64,000 nt of DNA from Giardia intestinalis (Eukaryota): the NCBI GenBank assembly GCA_000002435.2, contig CM018792.1. One strand, 5' to 3'. The translations under genes were made by a program, and so were the position numbers. Positions within the stretch are counted from its first letter, which is position 1. Every line of letters begins with the position of its first letter. The notes under the pieces were generated by a model. It was not told the origin of the DNA, made no database searches, and was given only the letters and a program-made list of their open reading frames with translations. Positions 30,001-39,006 of the stretch are shown piece by piece.

Positions 30001-30051
30001 TATAATGCAAATCCAGACGGGTGTAGACCAGACTCGTCTATGGAGTGCTAA
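27001..30051 (+). CDS. Hypothetical protein (1016 aa)
   Basis: 3-kb ORF with ATG at 27001 after a 187-bp AT-rich spacer. Acidic Ser-rich C-terminus. Confidence 0.6.
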   Translation: MIFRIFVEHSDYGAQSAIAATFTALGIPVYATLVNYKSSVPKGVAIVPPYRTHPTHFKFYLSACNVVVLSDKDPTEGQIILDLLEERFFVGHVFLVSTYLTWGHSPIVLAGTGENNSTNNGLRHVNPEQYARRRALPEAQGVKLLEDRLANMLTKQYTDDDSLQPCIRGAIISHGLLYDSYTAEGNELMELVDFVVETGVLPAFLPQTSYTVSITSCSRVAIELRNFLQNTVEQGVNLQHVCPFRFVTDEMVPLDTLLDCVNEGVYGYRKLSPSPMSKLELLSKGLSSRLISLLSLACVPEPNPVDDFSYSNSQMYMTYKRDEDYVLDSVQQILTASAITETPHIVESARGYITASILLRRPRYTVVLLGTQACFCVDDKAKLLASSLNTPILDLSLALRDLVQLGEAAKSSAFWVPLLNKDLLPTKTDQLLTSAKPGKASAELVSIEDKAALLVKIVHNLPANGSTSELLLSTASAAAYSLNVKGFIAAIFMLHIRARALVANGYLLVPGMMSAADLGSLLVTPLEIFLDQMNIDPALAGDSKKAPSKGELPFGVALLMQEDIKALPAYVPATHTFSLQRVAVNPLLAEVITNPETSLKRQDSYNTYKLLAASLDKLLIKSIQQGIEVIEDRVIASCRPCLSGELRFAPIFIDVSSLNISIEALKRAYLLTAGRARLNLLKQQNHSDSQLVSTMSYLNSCLLELNGSNWRSTAMRQLAVLRQIHAVSDGYFEYLGERPTPTSILVSMAQMKSIYGPEAILSEIRKHLDPSTNTSIQVLVRTGDNTIPQSKIQLNNLMRFTNIHPELRVINLLPNLGSEGRLMTGLSAAALAPSAPCDSNSNLYDVLVLRELSRQSNTAPVLHAGSSTPEQRPEAGVRDVFSSLSELSRMLPSVEEKGDLNTYEDVDIPEDPLPSGYNKSDVKETTESMLTPRSTRQESGNECSDEEEYPNTAIGNLNYLRDTVAPYLQPALANCMANFGGKLHAEQFIQRMVQEMYTEFYNANPDGCRPDSSMEC

Positions 30052-30063
30052 TGTCACCAGCTT

Positions 30064-33000
30064 TTACTCTTCATCTGAGTTATCGTCATCCTGGTGTATT
30101 CCAGTTGGTGCGGTTCCTTGTAAGGCATGTGACCTGTCACTAGTGTTGTTATTGAGGTTACTCAGCGTATTAGCGTGGTGTACTTGGTGCTGTCTACCGC
30201 GCGTATGCAGGCCGGTTAGCGTCGATCTGGGACTCCCACTTTGGACCACGCCCTCGATAGGAATAGCGATTACCTCTTCTTCTGTTTTAAAGAAGGCGAC
30301 TGTATTGAAATAGCCGGCTTGGATGGGGGTTTTTATTTTCATCACCACAGTAGCAGTCATTCCAGGGGGTATTCCACCTTTGTGTTGCGTCATGCAGATG
30401 TCCACTATGATCCTTTCTTCCCTCGGCACGTCCTTCTCTGTATGCACGAGGTCGTATCTCAGGCGAACGGGCATGTGCCCTATGTTTTTGAAGCAGACAC
30501 GAGCGGTTGTAAGGTCTGCAGGGGCGAGCATACTCCCTATCCTTATCTTTGTCGGGGTAACAAGTACATGCCGTGTATATGGTATCTTGTAGGTCGTTGG
30601 AATAGTGACCTTCCTTAGGTCTTCTCGAGCCGCGAAGGTGATATTTCTACATGCTGCCGCATGCATTGTCTCTGTGGCAACGGTCTGCAATTGGTTTCTT
30701 ATTGACTTGTTAGTCTCAACCTGGGTTAGTGGCCGTGTGAATAGACTGTGCTCCACAAGCTCTTCCTTGGTAGGCAAGGTAGATACCTCTTGCTCCTCTC
30801 TTCTGGAGTAGGGTGGAGGAAGAGAGCGAGGAAGCGTGATGGTCTTGAGGTGGTTTTCAACACAGCGATGAATGCTACGATTAGGAAGGTGCTCTTGTTC
30901 AGCTACTCGCTCCTTCCCTAACACGGTTGCCGCAAGGTCATGATATCTGCTGACGCACTCCTTGTATCCCTCTGGCCCACCTGTAAGATAGGCCTGTCCC
31001 TCCTCAGAATCCCAGAAGAAATCTGTTAGGCCCTTACGTAAAAAGTCCACTTTCATTTGAGAGCCGGCTATTCCATTGTTATCATCTTCGACGCTCTCTA
31101 TGAGATCTTCTGTGGTTGTGTCTCCAGCTAAAGTGGAGGAGGACTTGTCCACATCCAAATATGGAATAGTCGATTGTCCGTCTTCAAGTACACCCTTGCT
31201 TTCATCTACAAAGCTAGAATGTCCAATATCCGTGCCAAACTTCTCACTCTTGCTCCTGCCAATCCCTTTGGACTCCTGCTCCTCTGAATTGTCGGATGAC
31301 TCTCTCTCAGGATCCTTGGAGACTGACGTACTCTCACTTCTTGAGACAGCTTTCTGTGAATTGAAGAGGGGCTCTTCTGAGTTGCTTTTTGTACTATGAC
31401 AGCTTTCTCTTGTAATCTGCTGATTGGCGATATCGTACTTACTAAAGACGATGTGTTTAGCATAACCAGGAAGAGAATAGTTGGCAACAGCCCGCTGCAA
31501 TGGATTAGTGCAGGACATTAGTGGCTGAACAAAGTCTAGGTATATGCTATCAGCTACTGCTCTGTACAGATCAACTGCCAGCTCTTGCTTCTGGTCAGTT
31601 TGGAGAAGACGCAGCGAGGCGGTGATAGAGTCAACACAGCAGCCCGGACTTTCATTAACATTTATCACAAGCTGAAAGCCTAGTGAATACGGCCCTGGTA
31701 GAGGAGAGCCCAGATGTAAGACGGACTCTTTATCTATCTCCGTGTTATCTCCGGTAGGGACAAGCTGAGCAATTCCTGGAGTGAAGTGTGCTAGCGAGCG
31801 TGGAAGCTTTTCATCCTTGCGGAAGATATTCCAAATGCTGGGAAGAAATTGGTACGGGTCTCGGCCTATCGTTCGAAATTGTAATCCTGGCCGAGGATAT
31901 CCTGCAAGCACACTTACCGTTGCACTAATAAGCTCTGGCTGAGTCGTTAATCGATAAGTAAACAGATCAGGATTAACAGCGTTAAGCGCCACGTTTTCGT
32001 TAAGTGGCTTATCTGCTTCTGTGGTCATGCTCATATAATAATCAGCTTTGTGGGAGAAGAAGTGCAGCCGAAGAGTATCACCAAGAGTGGCTTGGACAGA
32101 GCCATCGGGGGATATGGAGATAGTGTCCAGCCCCGACTTAGAATCGTACATGACATTCATCTTACCGCACTCATCAAAGACTGCCATGAGACCAATAGGA
32201 AGCTGGACAAATACGGTTGGTGTCTGTACAGATATGCGGGTGTCCTCTGTACAGAGCTTCTTCAGCGCCCTTACAAACCGAGATGGGTCCTCGTGAATGA
32301 TTTGTTTGTCTATAGTAAATATGTTAGAAATGATATTCTCGAACCAATATTTATTGTCTAAATCTGTTAAGTCTTTGGATGTGCGAAGAATTTCGACGGC
32401 GTCCTTGTGGATTAGACTGTCAGAAAGGTGAGCAATTGTCATGATATTCTTGAAAGAGCAATAGTGAAGCATGACGCGATCTGACGTGAAGATGTAAGGA
32501 ATGATGGTAGGAAGATCGATCGTTGTAAGCTCATGACTTGCAACGAAATCATCGGGGTCAACCACCCGGGCGTGGATTCCTTTTGCATAGTAGATGTTGC
32601 CCTTATTAAGAGGTTTGGTACCAGTGCATGGCATTGGTGGCTCTTTAAGCGTCTCGGCTCTAAATGGTTCATAGAATATGCTGGTTGGGCATGTGAAAAT
32701 GACAAGAAACGATGTAGAGAATTGTCTAGAGAGCCTATCTGTCTGAGAAATAAACACCCCTTTGCGAGCGATGTCATCATACAAGTTAGTTTCGTCACCC
32801 AGAGAAACGTCCTGAGCATTCTGAATGGAAGCCTTCGAGCTTGGATCTTCGAGCTGGGGTGGAGATGTAGCTTGTAAGTCGGAAACACCCGCCTTAGCTG
32901 TATCTATCCCTTCCAAAGCATCTGGGATCGAAAATGTCTTCTCAGTAGGGTGAAGCATAGAGGATGCGGCTGAGTCCTGCTTGACTACTGACAAGATGCT

Positions 33001-36000
33001 AGCAGCATCCTCCTCGAGGTTTCCTGCCTCATCTAGGTCTACATACATTGCGTAATGACTAGCAGGAAATTCGGCATAGATACGCACCATATCTCTCCGC
33101 AACTCATATGACAGTCGTACTATGGGGAAACGGGTTGTCTTCCCCGTGTAGTGCTGCTTAAATTCGTGAAGAAGAGAGAGCCAGGGGTCGCTGTCGGCAG
33201 TAACCTCGAGCACATTGAAGTCAACGTCAAGAAAGATCTTGGTAAGCTTCAAGCGCTGCTGCCCTATGTACAAGAACATTAGAAGATCATGTCTATACTT
33301 GATGAGGACCTTACTTCCCATATAGGTGATATGAATGCCTCGTGATGCTAAGAACAAGTGCAGGTAGCTTGAGGTAGGCCGAGTGCCAAGCACAGAGGTC
33401 CCTGGAGCCGGTAGCGCACGTTCGCGCCGGGTCTTCTCCTCATCTACAAGGGTTTTTAGTTCAGTAAGCTTTCGCTTTCGACGCCTCCACTCTATTTGCT
33501 GCAAGGATTCACGCTCCCGATCTTTTTTGGTTTTGGCAGCGCCAACCGATCGCTGCATAGAGCTATCCGCTGTGCAAGGTTTTGAAGCCTCGTAAAATAT
33601 CCGTTCTATGTAACGCTCAGCATACTGCAAGTCTACTTCTGGTGTCGGAGAAAACGGTGTTGAGACCTGTCCAACAACCACAGTTGAGAGGTTGACAGGA
33701 CGAAGAGAAACTCGTATGCTCAAACCAGAACCGTTAACAATCTTGTGAAGAATAACGCCTGAGGCAGGTATGGATTCTACACAATGCATGGCACCGCCTC
33801 TGCTGTAATGGGCAACATATGCAGAGGTGTCTGCACTGCGCAAGTCGAACTGTGTTGCAAGAGTGTCAATACTAATATCAAAATCTGGCAAAACTGTTGT
33901 ATCTAACAATAAGGGTAACGCCTTCTTCTTATCGTCATCTTCATGGAGTTGTAGTTGCTCTGGCTCTTGTATGTACGCAGCCAAGAGCCGGTTAGGAACA
34001 TAAAGGACAGGGTCGGGTGCAGCTGGCTGTTCATGTACTGGTGATTCTGCCTCTGGTTCTACCTCATCTGCTTGTGGAGACCCAACTTGTTTGGTCCAGT
34101 AGTTAGATGCCAGTCCCACACTTCCGAAACACTCACTGAGCACCAAATTACTATTCAAAAAGTTGCCAGTGGAGCTTAGAAACATGTGAGTGGGGGGAGA
34201 AATTGGGCTGGTGTCAATGAATTCGGAGGCAAGGGGAAAGATGGGCCTAGTGTACTCGCTAAGAGATGGTAGTTCTTGGCGATCGTCTGCAAGGCTGAAG
34301 GAGTTTGCACAGGAGACATCGCGGAGTGATGAAGTAGCTTTAGTAGCAGGGTCTTTCTCCTTTCTTGCACCCGGCTTATCTGCTCTGACATCTCTGGATA
34401 GCACCACATTCTTAAGGCTGGAGACATGTGCTTCTGTGATGCTTTGTTCGGTTGCAGATGCTGGGTCATACAATATAGAGTTTCCCGTCTGGAAAGAAGA
34501 GGACTTATCTCCAGGAATGCGGTAGCGCCGGGTTAAAGGAATAATCGAAGGTAAAAGAGGAACATACTCAGTTAGATTTGGTTGGTTCTTGGAAGGCTCA
34601 GGCGGTTCCTCCCTTTGCACCAGGGTCTGCTTCTCTTCCTTAGACTTTCCCTGCTGCGTAGACTTTGATCGCTGCTCCACCTGCGCCTCTGTATAATACT
34701 GACTCCATATCTGAGGGTAATTATTCGATAAAAACGACTCATCAGTGAGTATGGATTGAATAAGAGGCGTGTTGATCCAGACTCCAAACATAGGGACAGT
34801 ATTGAAAAGGGAAAACAGATCGTCTTTGAATTGAGCTAGAAGATGTGCTTTGCTGTGTTGCAGCGGAACTACGTCTGAAGTGACCACCAGATTGACAGAC
34901 TTATTATCGACGTCAACGGAGATACTATACGTCGACATACTAGCAAGGGTGTCCAGCATCGTGGCATAGTCTAAGTCCTTGTGGGAAAACTCCATCACTA
35001 CAGCTCCAAGTGAGATGTTGACAACTGCATCAGGATGGATGCCATATGATCGGTCAGCTTGAGCCGCATGATCGAAAGATGAACCCTTCACCCCTTGGAT
35101 GGCAGAGGTAATTGCAGACTCCTTGACATGCATCTGGTAGTAATCGATTTGGTTTGCTTTCTCTCCGGATTCATTACTTGCTTCCTTAGAGCAAAACGTA
35201 GCTCCATTTTCTCCTGTAGAGTTACCATTCTCTTCCTTGCACGACCCATGGTCAGATGGTACTGGCTGTGATCTCCTTAGTTTATTCAAAAGAGACATAA
35301 GTGCCAAAAGGTCGTAACTGGCTGCCTTAAGACGGATATCATTGATGTGCTTTTCCCTCTCGACGGCCTCTGCTTCTACGTAATTTTCTACCCGAAAGGT
35401 AAATCCGCTCGAGACTCTAACCGTAGATTCATATGTTGTGGTTATCTTGTGCGGCATTACCCCGAAGAATGCATTCAGCAACGACGGTGCTAATTTGTTT
35501 GAGTTAATTGTGTGCTCAGCTTCGGAGTTCTGGAGCGTGTGGATAGTGAGAGAGGTGGCCCCCGTTGCTGCAGATATTATTGCAGATGATATTGAAATGA
35601 GCTCCTGCCGATTCGAAGTAGAGGTTTCGAGTAGCGCCATGAGTGGTTCTGTATAAAGAGATACCGGACGATTAATTCTAGCTGAAAAGTAAGTACCCAA
35701 TTGCTTGGATGAGTGGGCATCTTTCTCGCTGAAGCTATCTGCCGAACATTGTTGGTCATTGGCATGAGGTTCATCCTTCGGGTTGCCTTCTTCAGAAGTA
35801 GCAATCTTATCTCCTAACTCTGTGCTGAGAAGCATAGTATCAATGGCACTAATATCAAAGTGATTCTCCGCTAAGCTCTGTGTACTAAGATGTTGGACAA
35901 GAGCACTGAGGTCTGAGTGCCCCGCTTCGGTCACCGCCGGAGCATCGGGTGGTTGATTGGCAGTAGCCGTGGTAGCTCCCGCGGAGCTGCTGGCCTTGCT

Positions 36001-37698
36001 GCCAGATCGCTGGGCATGATTGCTTTTTGGTCTTGTAGAGATTACTGCTTGCTCTTCCACGAGTGCTTCCTGTGCTCGACGCTTCTGTTCATGACCCTTT
36101 TGAATCAGATCATCTAAGGCACTAAACTGCCGGAGCATACACTCCATAATAACGGAAACTCTATTCTGATCAGTAGCGGGCATTCTAGACACATCATCGA
36201 GATATCCGGAGAGTAGAAACGAAATCAGGGCACTTTGTTTAGTCTTTCCTTGAGGCGGTCCTAATGTTTCCTCAGGCAAGTCAACAGAGAGTATGTTTGA
36301 GTAGATATGTGCTGCAGATCCTTCGTCAGCCGATGAGCTAGTATACTGTCCTTGGAGAGGCCAGGGCTTGCAAACTGCTTCGTGGGCCAGTAGATCAACA
36401 CCCAGTCGTGAATGCAGATCATGAGAGAAAAACTCATTCATAAATGAACCATTATGCATTCGAGACAAGACCAAAAGCTTGTCTTCAAAGAAGTTTTCAA
36501 GTGTGGGCAAGATCACTGTGTCAGAGACCTCCTTCTGATCTTTTCCTGGCTTTTGTTGGGCTTTTGCTCCATCAGCAGGAACTGGAAATGTGTATATGCC
36601 TTCTACGGGAAGAAGGGCCTTACTTATTCTACGATAGCGTATGTGCTTCAGGCCCTGGGCATGCTTCTGACGATAGTACCCTTCACTACAGAAGTCGAGA
36701 TCCGACAGGTATGAAACGTGGTTACTTGTAAGCCAGTGTTGATAGAACTTTGGTGAAAGCAGGAGCGTGTTAATTATGCGTAGAAGGTCCTTCTGGATGA
36801 TGGAGCACGCTATCAACTGCTCGCTGAAACTATCCTTCACTCTCCCCAGAAAAGCTTTTTCATCCTTAGCCGGTATGGTAGAAATCTTGTCATGCTTCAT
36901 ATAAGCGATATAAAACTGCGTGTATTTGCCTTGATTCCTGATATGAAAGAATGGAATAGTCCTGATTCGAAGGTCAGCGTCGCAATGTTGGTAACGGTAT
37001 GAAAACAGATTATAGTTTGTAGTAAAGGGAGACACGCCCTTTGTATAATTGAGTGGGATGCCTAGCTTTAGAAGAAGATCTCTAAAATTAGAGTCAGTGA
37101 TCCACGTGGTGTTCATGTCTTCGTGAAGAATAAGGACTCCGCCGAAGCATACGCCAGCACGGGCACAGTCAAGAGCAAATTGTTCATGGGGCTGCACCTT
37201 TGGAGGCCCTTTTCTTTGGAGGATAACGCCTGGAGCGTCACCGTCCGGGGTGTTGTCTGTGGTCAGCTGAGAGTCAGCGATGTCTGTCTGCGAAGCATTT
37301 GCGACAGCATAGTGAGAGTAAAAGTGAAAGTTAGCAACAAGAACCACAATGTACTCCGCAACAAGTGCGGTGTCTGGGAGTGGATTGATAGTCTGCTTTC
37401 CTTGTTTCTTGGTATCAGGTGAAGACCGTTGAGACACAAGGGCACAGAAATCCCGCAGAAATAGAAGCTTATCAGTCGCAGTATTAGCGACAGGGTCGCC
37501 AAGCTGCAAGTGCCCAAGACTTGCAGGCTTCAGCTCTGGAGGAAGATCCCTTGCTAGAGTGGGATAGTTTAAAGAGTAGAGCCGCGGGACATAGCCAGAC
37601 GCTATCTGTGCTGACACGGGATCCCACAGCACATTGGAGTTCTGAAGCTCCACATGGATGAGTAGAACCCGGGGATCCATTCGACAAACACCAGCCAT
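30064..37698 (-). CDS. Giant hypothetical protein (2544 aa); the C-terminal region has a beta-sandwich (ASH/MSP/PapD-like) sequence feel, possibly a flagellar or cytoskeletal protein
   Basis: 7.6-kb uninterrupted ORF. The C-terminal segment PVRLRYDLVHTEKDV...GGIPPGMTATVVMKIKTPIQAGYFNTVAFFKTEEEVIAIPIEGVV resembles ASH/MSP-fold repeats. This is a weak, by-eye call. Confidence 0.65.
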   Translation of the reverse strand: MAGVCRMDPRVLLIHVELQNSNVLWDPVSAQIASGYVPRLYSLNYPTLARDLPPELKPASLGHLQLGDPVANTATDKLLFLRDFCALVSQRSSPDTKKQGKQTINPLPDTALVAEYIVVLVANFHFYSHYAVANASQTDIADSQLTTDNTPDGDAPGVILQRKGPPKVQPHEQFALDCARAGVCFGGVLILHEDMNTTWITDSNFRDLLLKLGIPLNYTKGVSPFTTNYNLFSYRYQHCDADLRIRTIPFFHIRNQGKYTQFYIAYMKHDKISTIPAKDEKAFLGRVKDSFSEQLIACSIIQKDLLRIINTLLLSPKFYQHWLTSNHVSYLSDLDFCSEGYYRQKHAQGLKHIRYRRISKALLPVEGIYTFPVPADGAKAQQKPGKDQKEVSDTVILPTLENFFEDKLLVLSRMHNGSFMNEFFSHDLHSRLGVDLLAHEAVCKPWPLQGQYTSSSADEGSAAHIYSNILSVDLPEETLGPPQGKTKQSALISFLLSGYLDDVSRMPATDQNRVSVIMECMLRQFSALDDLIQKGHEQKRRAQEALVEEQAVISTRPKSNHAQRSGSKASSSAGATTATANQPPDAPAVTEAGHSDLSALVQHLSTQSLAENHFDISAIDTMLLSTELGDKIATSEEGNPKDEPHANDQQCSADSFSEKDAHSSKQLGTYFSARINRPVSLYTEPLMALLETSTSNRQELISISSAIISAATGATSLTIHTLQNSEAEHTINSNKLAPSLLNAFFGVMPHKITTTYESTVRVSSGFTFRVENYVEAEAVEREKHINDIRLKAASYDLLALMSLLNKLRRSQPVPSDHGSCKEENGNSTGENGATFCSKEASNESGEKANQIDYYQMHVKESAITSAIQGVKGSSFDHAAQADRSYGIHPDAVVNISLGAVVMEFSHKDLDYATMLDTLASMSTYSISVDVDNKSVNLVVTSDVVPLQHSKAHLLAQFKDDLFSLFNTVPMFGVWINTPLIQSILTDESFLSNNYPQIWSQYYTEAQVEQRSKSTQQGKSKEEKQTLVQREEPPEPSKNQPNLTEYVPLLPSIIPLTRRYRIPGDKSSSFQTGNSILYDPASATEQSITEAHVSSLKNVVLSRDVRADKPGARKEKDPATKATSSLRDVSCANSFSLADDRQELPSLSEYTRPIFPLASEFIDTSPISPPTHMFLSSTGNFLNSNLVLSECFGSVGLASNYWTKQVGSPQADEVEPEAESPVHEQPAAPDPVLYVPNRLLAAYIQEPEQLQLHEDDDKKKALPLLLDTTVLPDFDISIDTLATQFDLRSADTSAYVAHYSRGGAMHCVESIPASGVILHKIVNGSGLSIRVSLRPVNLSTVVVGQVSTPFSPTPEVDLQYAERYIERIFYEASKPCTADSSMQRSVGAAKTKKDRERESLQQIEWRRRKRKLTELKTLVDEEKTRRERALPAPGTSVLGTRPTSSYLHLFLASRGIHITYMGSKVLIKYRHDLLMFLYIGQQRLKLTKIFLDVDFNVLEVTADSDPWLSLLHEFKQHYTGKTTRFPIVRLSYELRRDMVRIYAEFPASHYAMYVDLDEAGNLEEDAASILSVVKQDSAASSMLHPTEKTFSIPDALEGIDTAKAGVSDLQATSPPQLEDPSSKASIQNAQDVSLGDETNLYDDIARKGVFISQTDRLSRQFSTSFLVIFTCPTSIFYEPFRAETLKEPPMPCTGTKPLNKGNIYYAKGIHARVVDPDDFVASHELTTIDLPTIIPYIFTSDRVMLHYCSFKNIMTIAHLSDSLIHKDAVEILRTSKDLTDLDNKYWFENIISNIFTIDKQIIHEDPSRFVRALKKLCTEDTRISVQTPTVFVQLPIGLMAVFDECGKMNVMYDSKSGLDTISISPDGSVQATLGDTLRLHFFSHKADYYMSMTTEADKPLNENVALNAVNPDLFTYRLTTQPELISATVSVLAGYPRPGLQFRTIGRDPYQFLPSIWNIFRKDEKLPRSLAHFTPGIAQLVPTGDNTEIDKESVLHLGSPLPGPYSLGFQLVINVNESPGCCVDSITASLRLLQTDQKQELAVDLYRAVADSIYLDFVQPLMSCTNPLQRAVANYSLPGYAKHIVFSKYDIANQQITRESCHSTKSNSEEPLFNSQKAVSRSESTSVSKDPERESSDNSEEQESKGIGRSKSEKFGTDIGHSSFVDESKGVLEDGQSTIPYLDVDKSSSTLAGDTTTEDLIESVEDDNNGIAGSQMKVDFLRKGLTDFFWDSEEGQAYLTGGPEGYKECVSRYHDLAATVLGKERVAEQEHLPNRSIHRCVENHLKTITLPRSLPPPYSRREEQEVSTLPTKEELVEHSLFTRPLTQVETNKSIRNQLQTVATETMHAAACRNITFAAREDLRKVTIPTTYKIPYTRHVLVTPTKIRIGSMLAPADLTTARVCFKNIGHMPVRLRYDLVHTEKDVPREERIIVDICMTQHKGGIPPGMTATVVMKIKTPIQAGYFNTVAFFKTEEEVIAIPIEGVVQSGSPRSTLTGLHTRGRQHQVHHANTLSNLNNNTSDRSHALQGTAPTGIHQDDDNSDEE

Positions 37699-37725
37699 CA
37701 GTAAATTTTACTTAAGATGAAGGCC

Positions 37726-38388
37726 TCACTTCTTAGACTTGGTTTTTGCATTCTTGGAGCTCTTCTTGGCCTTTACCTTTTTCAACTTGGACGTGAGATC
37801 CTCGGCACTAAAAAGTAGATTGCTTCGTATGTGATCCTCTCGAGTTTGCTTGGCCGCATGCCAATCATACTTGAGGGGCACCAACAGCTTCGCTATTTCG
37901 TCAGAGCGTTTCGAGACCGCTACCTGATAAGCAGACAACCCGGCGTCATTAAGGATCCGCATATCTGGATTGTACTTGAGAATGATCTGTACGATGTCAC
38001 CATGACCATGTTGGATTGCTTGATGAAGCGCAGTATTTCCAGAAGCATCGGTGGCATTGACATCAATTCCATGCTGCAAGGCTATACGTGCTATTTCTTC
38101 GGATCCATCGATTGCAGCGCGGTGTAAAATGGTGCCCCCGTTGCACGAGATATCAGGAGTTCCAACTGAGAACCCATTTCGCAGCAGAAAGTCCAGCACT
38201 GTGGAGTTTTTGGAGGCTGCACAAATGTGAATTGGCGGAACTTCATATTGATATGATGATAAAGCTGTGAGGGGAAAGCTTAGGAGCCGCTGTATTTCAG
38301 CTATATTAGAGCTAGAGATATAGGAAAGGAACAAGGAAACTGTATGCTGCTCCCTGTTATCTAATTCACGGCGACTGGCGAGGGTCAT
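37726..38388 (-). CDS. Ankyrin-repeat protein (220 aa) with Lys-rich C-terminal tail
   Basis: Ankyrin consensus stretches (GGTILHRAAIDGSEEIARIALQHGIDVNATDASGNTALHQAIQHGHGDIVQIIL). The stop TAA overlaps the polyA-like signal TAAGTAAAAT. Only 27 bp separate it from the next gene's ATG. Confidence 0.7.
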   Translation of the reverse strand: MTLASRRELDNREQHTVSLFLSYISSSNIAEIQRLLSFPLTALSSYQYEVPPIHICAASKNSTVLDFLLRNGFSVGTPDISCNGGTILHRAAIDGSEEIARIALQHGIDVNATDASGNTALHQAIQHGHGDIVQIILKYNPDMRILNDAGLSAYQVAVSKRSDEIAKLLVPLKYDWHAAKQTREDHIRSNLLFSAEDLTSKLKKVKAKKSSKNAKTKSKK

Positions 38389-38394
38389 TTTTTG

Positions 38395-38985
38395 TCAGAC
38401 AAGATAGACATCCAAGACTTGAACGACGGGCTCGCCATCAACAAGACTTGCGAGCATCACACTCTTATGATACCGGTGTGCAAGCTCGCAGAGAGACGCT
38501 ACACCGGTAGACGTCCCCGTCACAACTTGGAGAAGGAAATCTGAGTGAGCTTGCTCGGGAGTTGGTACTCTATAAACGGTATAGTCACAGCCAAATTTAA
38601 TCCCATTACGGGGGTACAGACCATGGTTGAGGCGAAGTTGCTTGAAGATGATGTAATCAGCGAGGACGGTGTTCCAATCTTTGACCTGCACGGGGGCATT
38701 CAGGTCACACTGAAGCAGAAAGCCATCGTGTTCGACTGCAAAGCTCGCCTCGGAGGGCCGGAGAATAAGCTCTGTGTTGCCTGCGTCCCTACTGACATAT
38801 TGCCCGTATCCAGCTCTCCACAGAGCCTTAGCCATTGTCTCGTCCAAGACATAGATGGATCCTGCTCGAAGGGTAATAAGCTTCGGTGGGATGTTTCGGA
38901 TATTTATCGCTTCAGGCTCGACTTCCGTCGTTAGCGTTTCAGCAGGCCCGTCCTGGAAGGGTAATTCACCCAGGGAAAGAGCCAT
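38395..38985 (-). CDS. tRNA-splicing endonuclease catalytic subunit (Sen2/Sen34/archaeal EndA-like), 196 aa
   Basis: C-terminal domain YIIFKQLRLNHGLYPRNGIKFGCDYTVYRVPTPEQAHSDFLLQVV matches the catalytic-domain signature of tRNA intron endonucleases (Y..L...G......G.KFG.D..VY.......HS.....V), with Tyr, His and a downstream Lys. Confidence 0.6.
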   Translation of the reverse strand: MALSLGELPFQDGPAETLTTEVEPEAINIRNIPPKLITLRAGSIYVLDETMAKALWRAGYGQYVSRDAGNTELILRPSEASFAVEHDGFLLQCDLNAPVQVKDWNTVLADYIIFKQLRLNHGLYPRNGIKFGCDYTVYRVPTPEQAHSDFLLQVVTGTSTGVASLCELAHRYHKSVMLASLVDGEPVVQVLDVYLV

Positions 38986-39006
38986 AGTTTATTAAAATAA
39001 AGTGAA
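38986..39006. promoter_or_regulatory. 21-bp AT-rich bidirectional promoter/initiator region (tttattaaaataaagtgaa) shared by divergent genes
   Basis: The whole spacer between the endonuclease start (38985, minus) and the kinesin start (39007, plus) is 21 bp and AT-rich, like the short AT-rich initiators Giardia uses. Confidence 0.4.
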
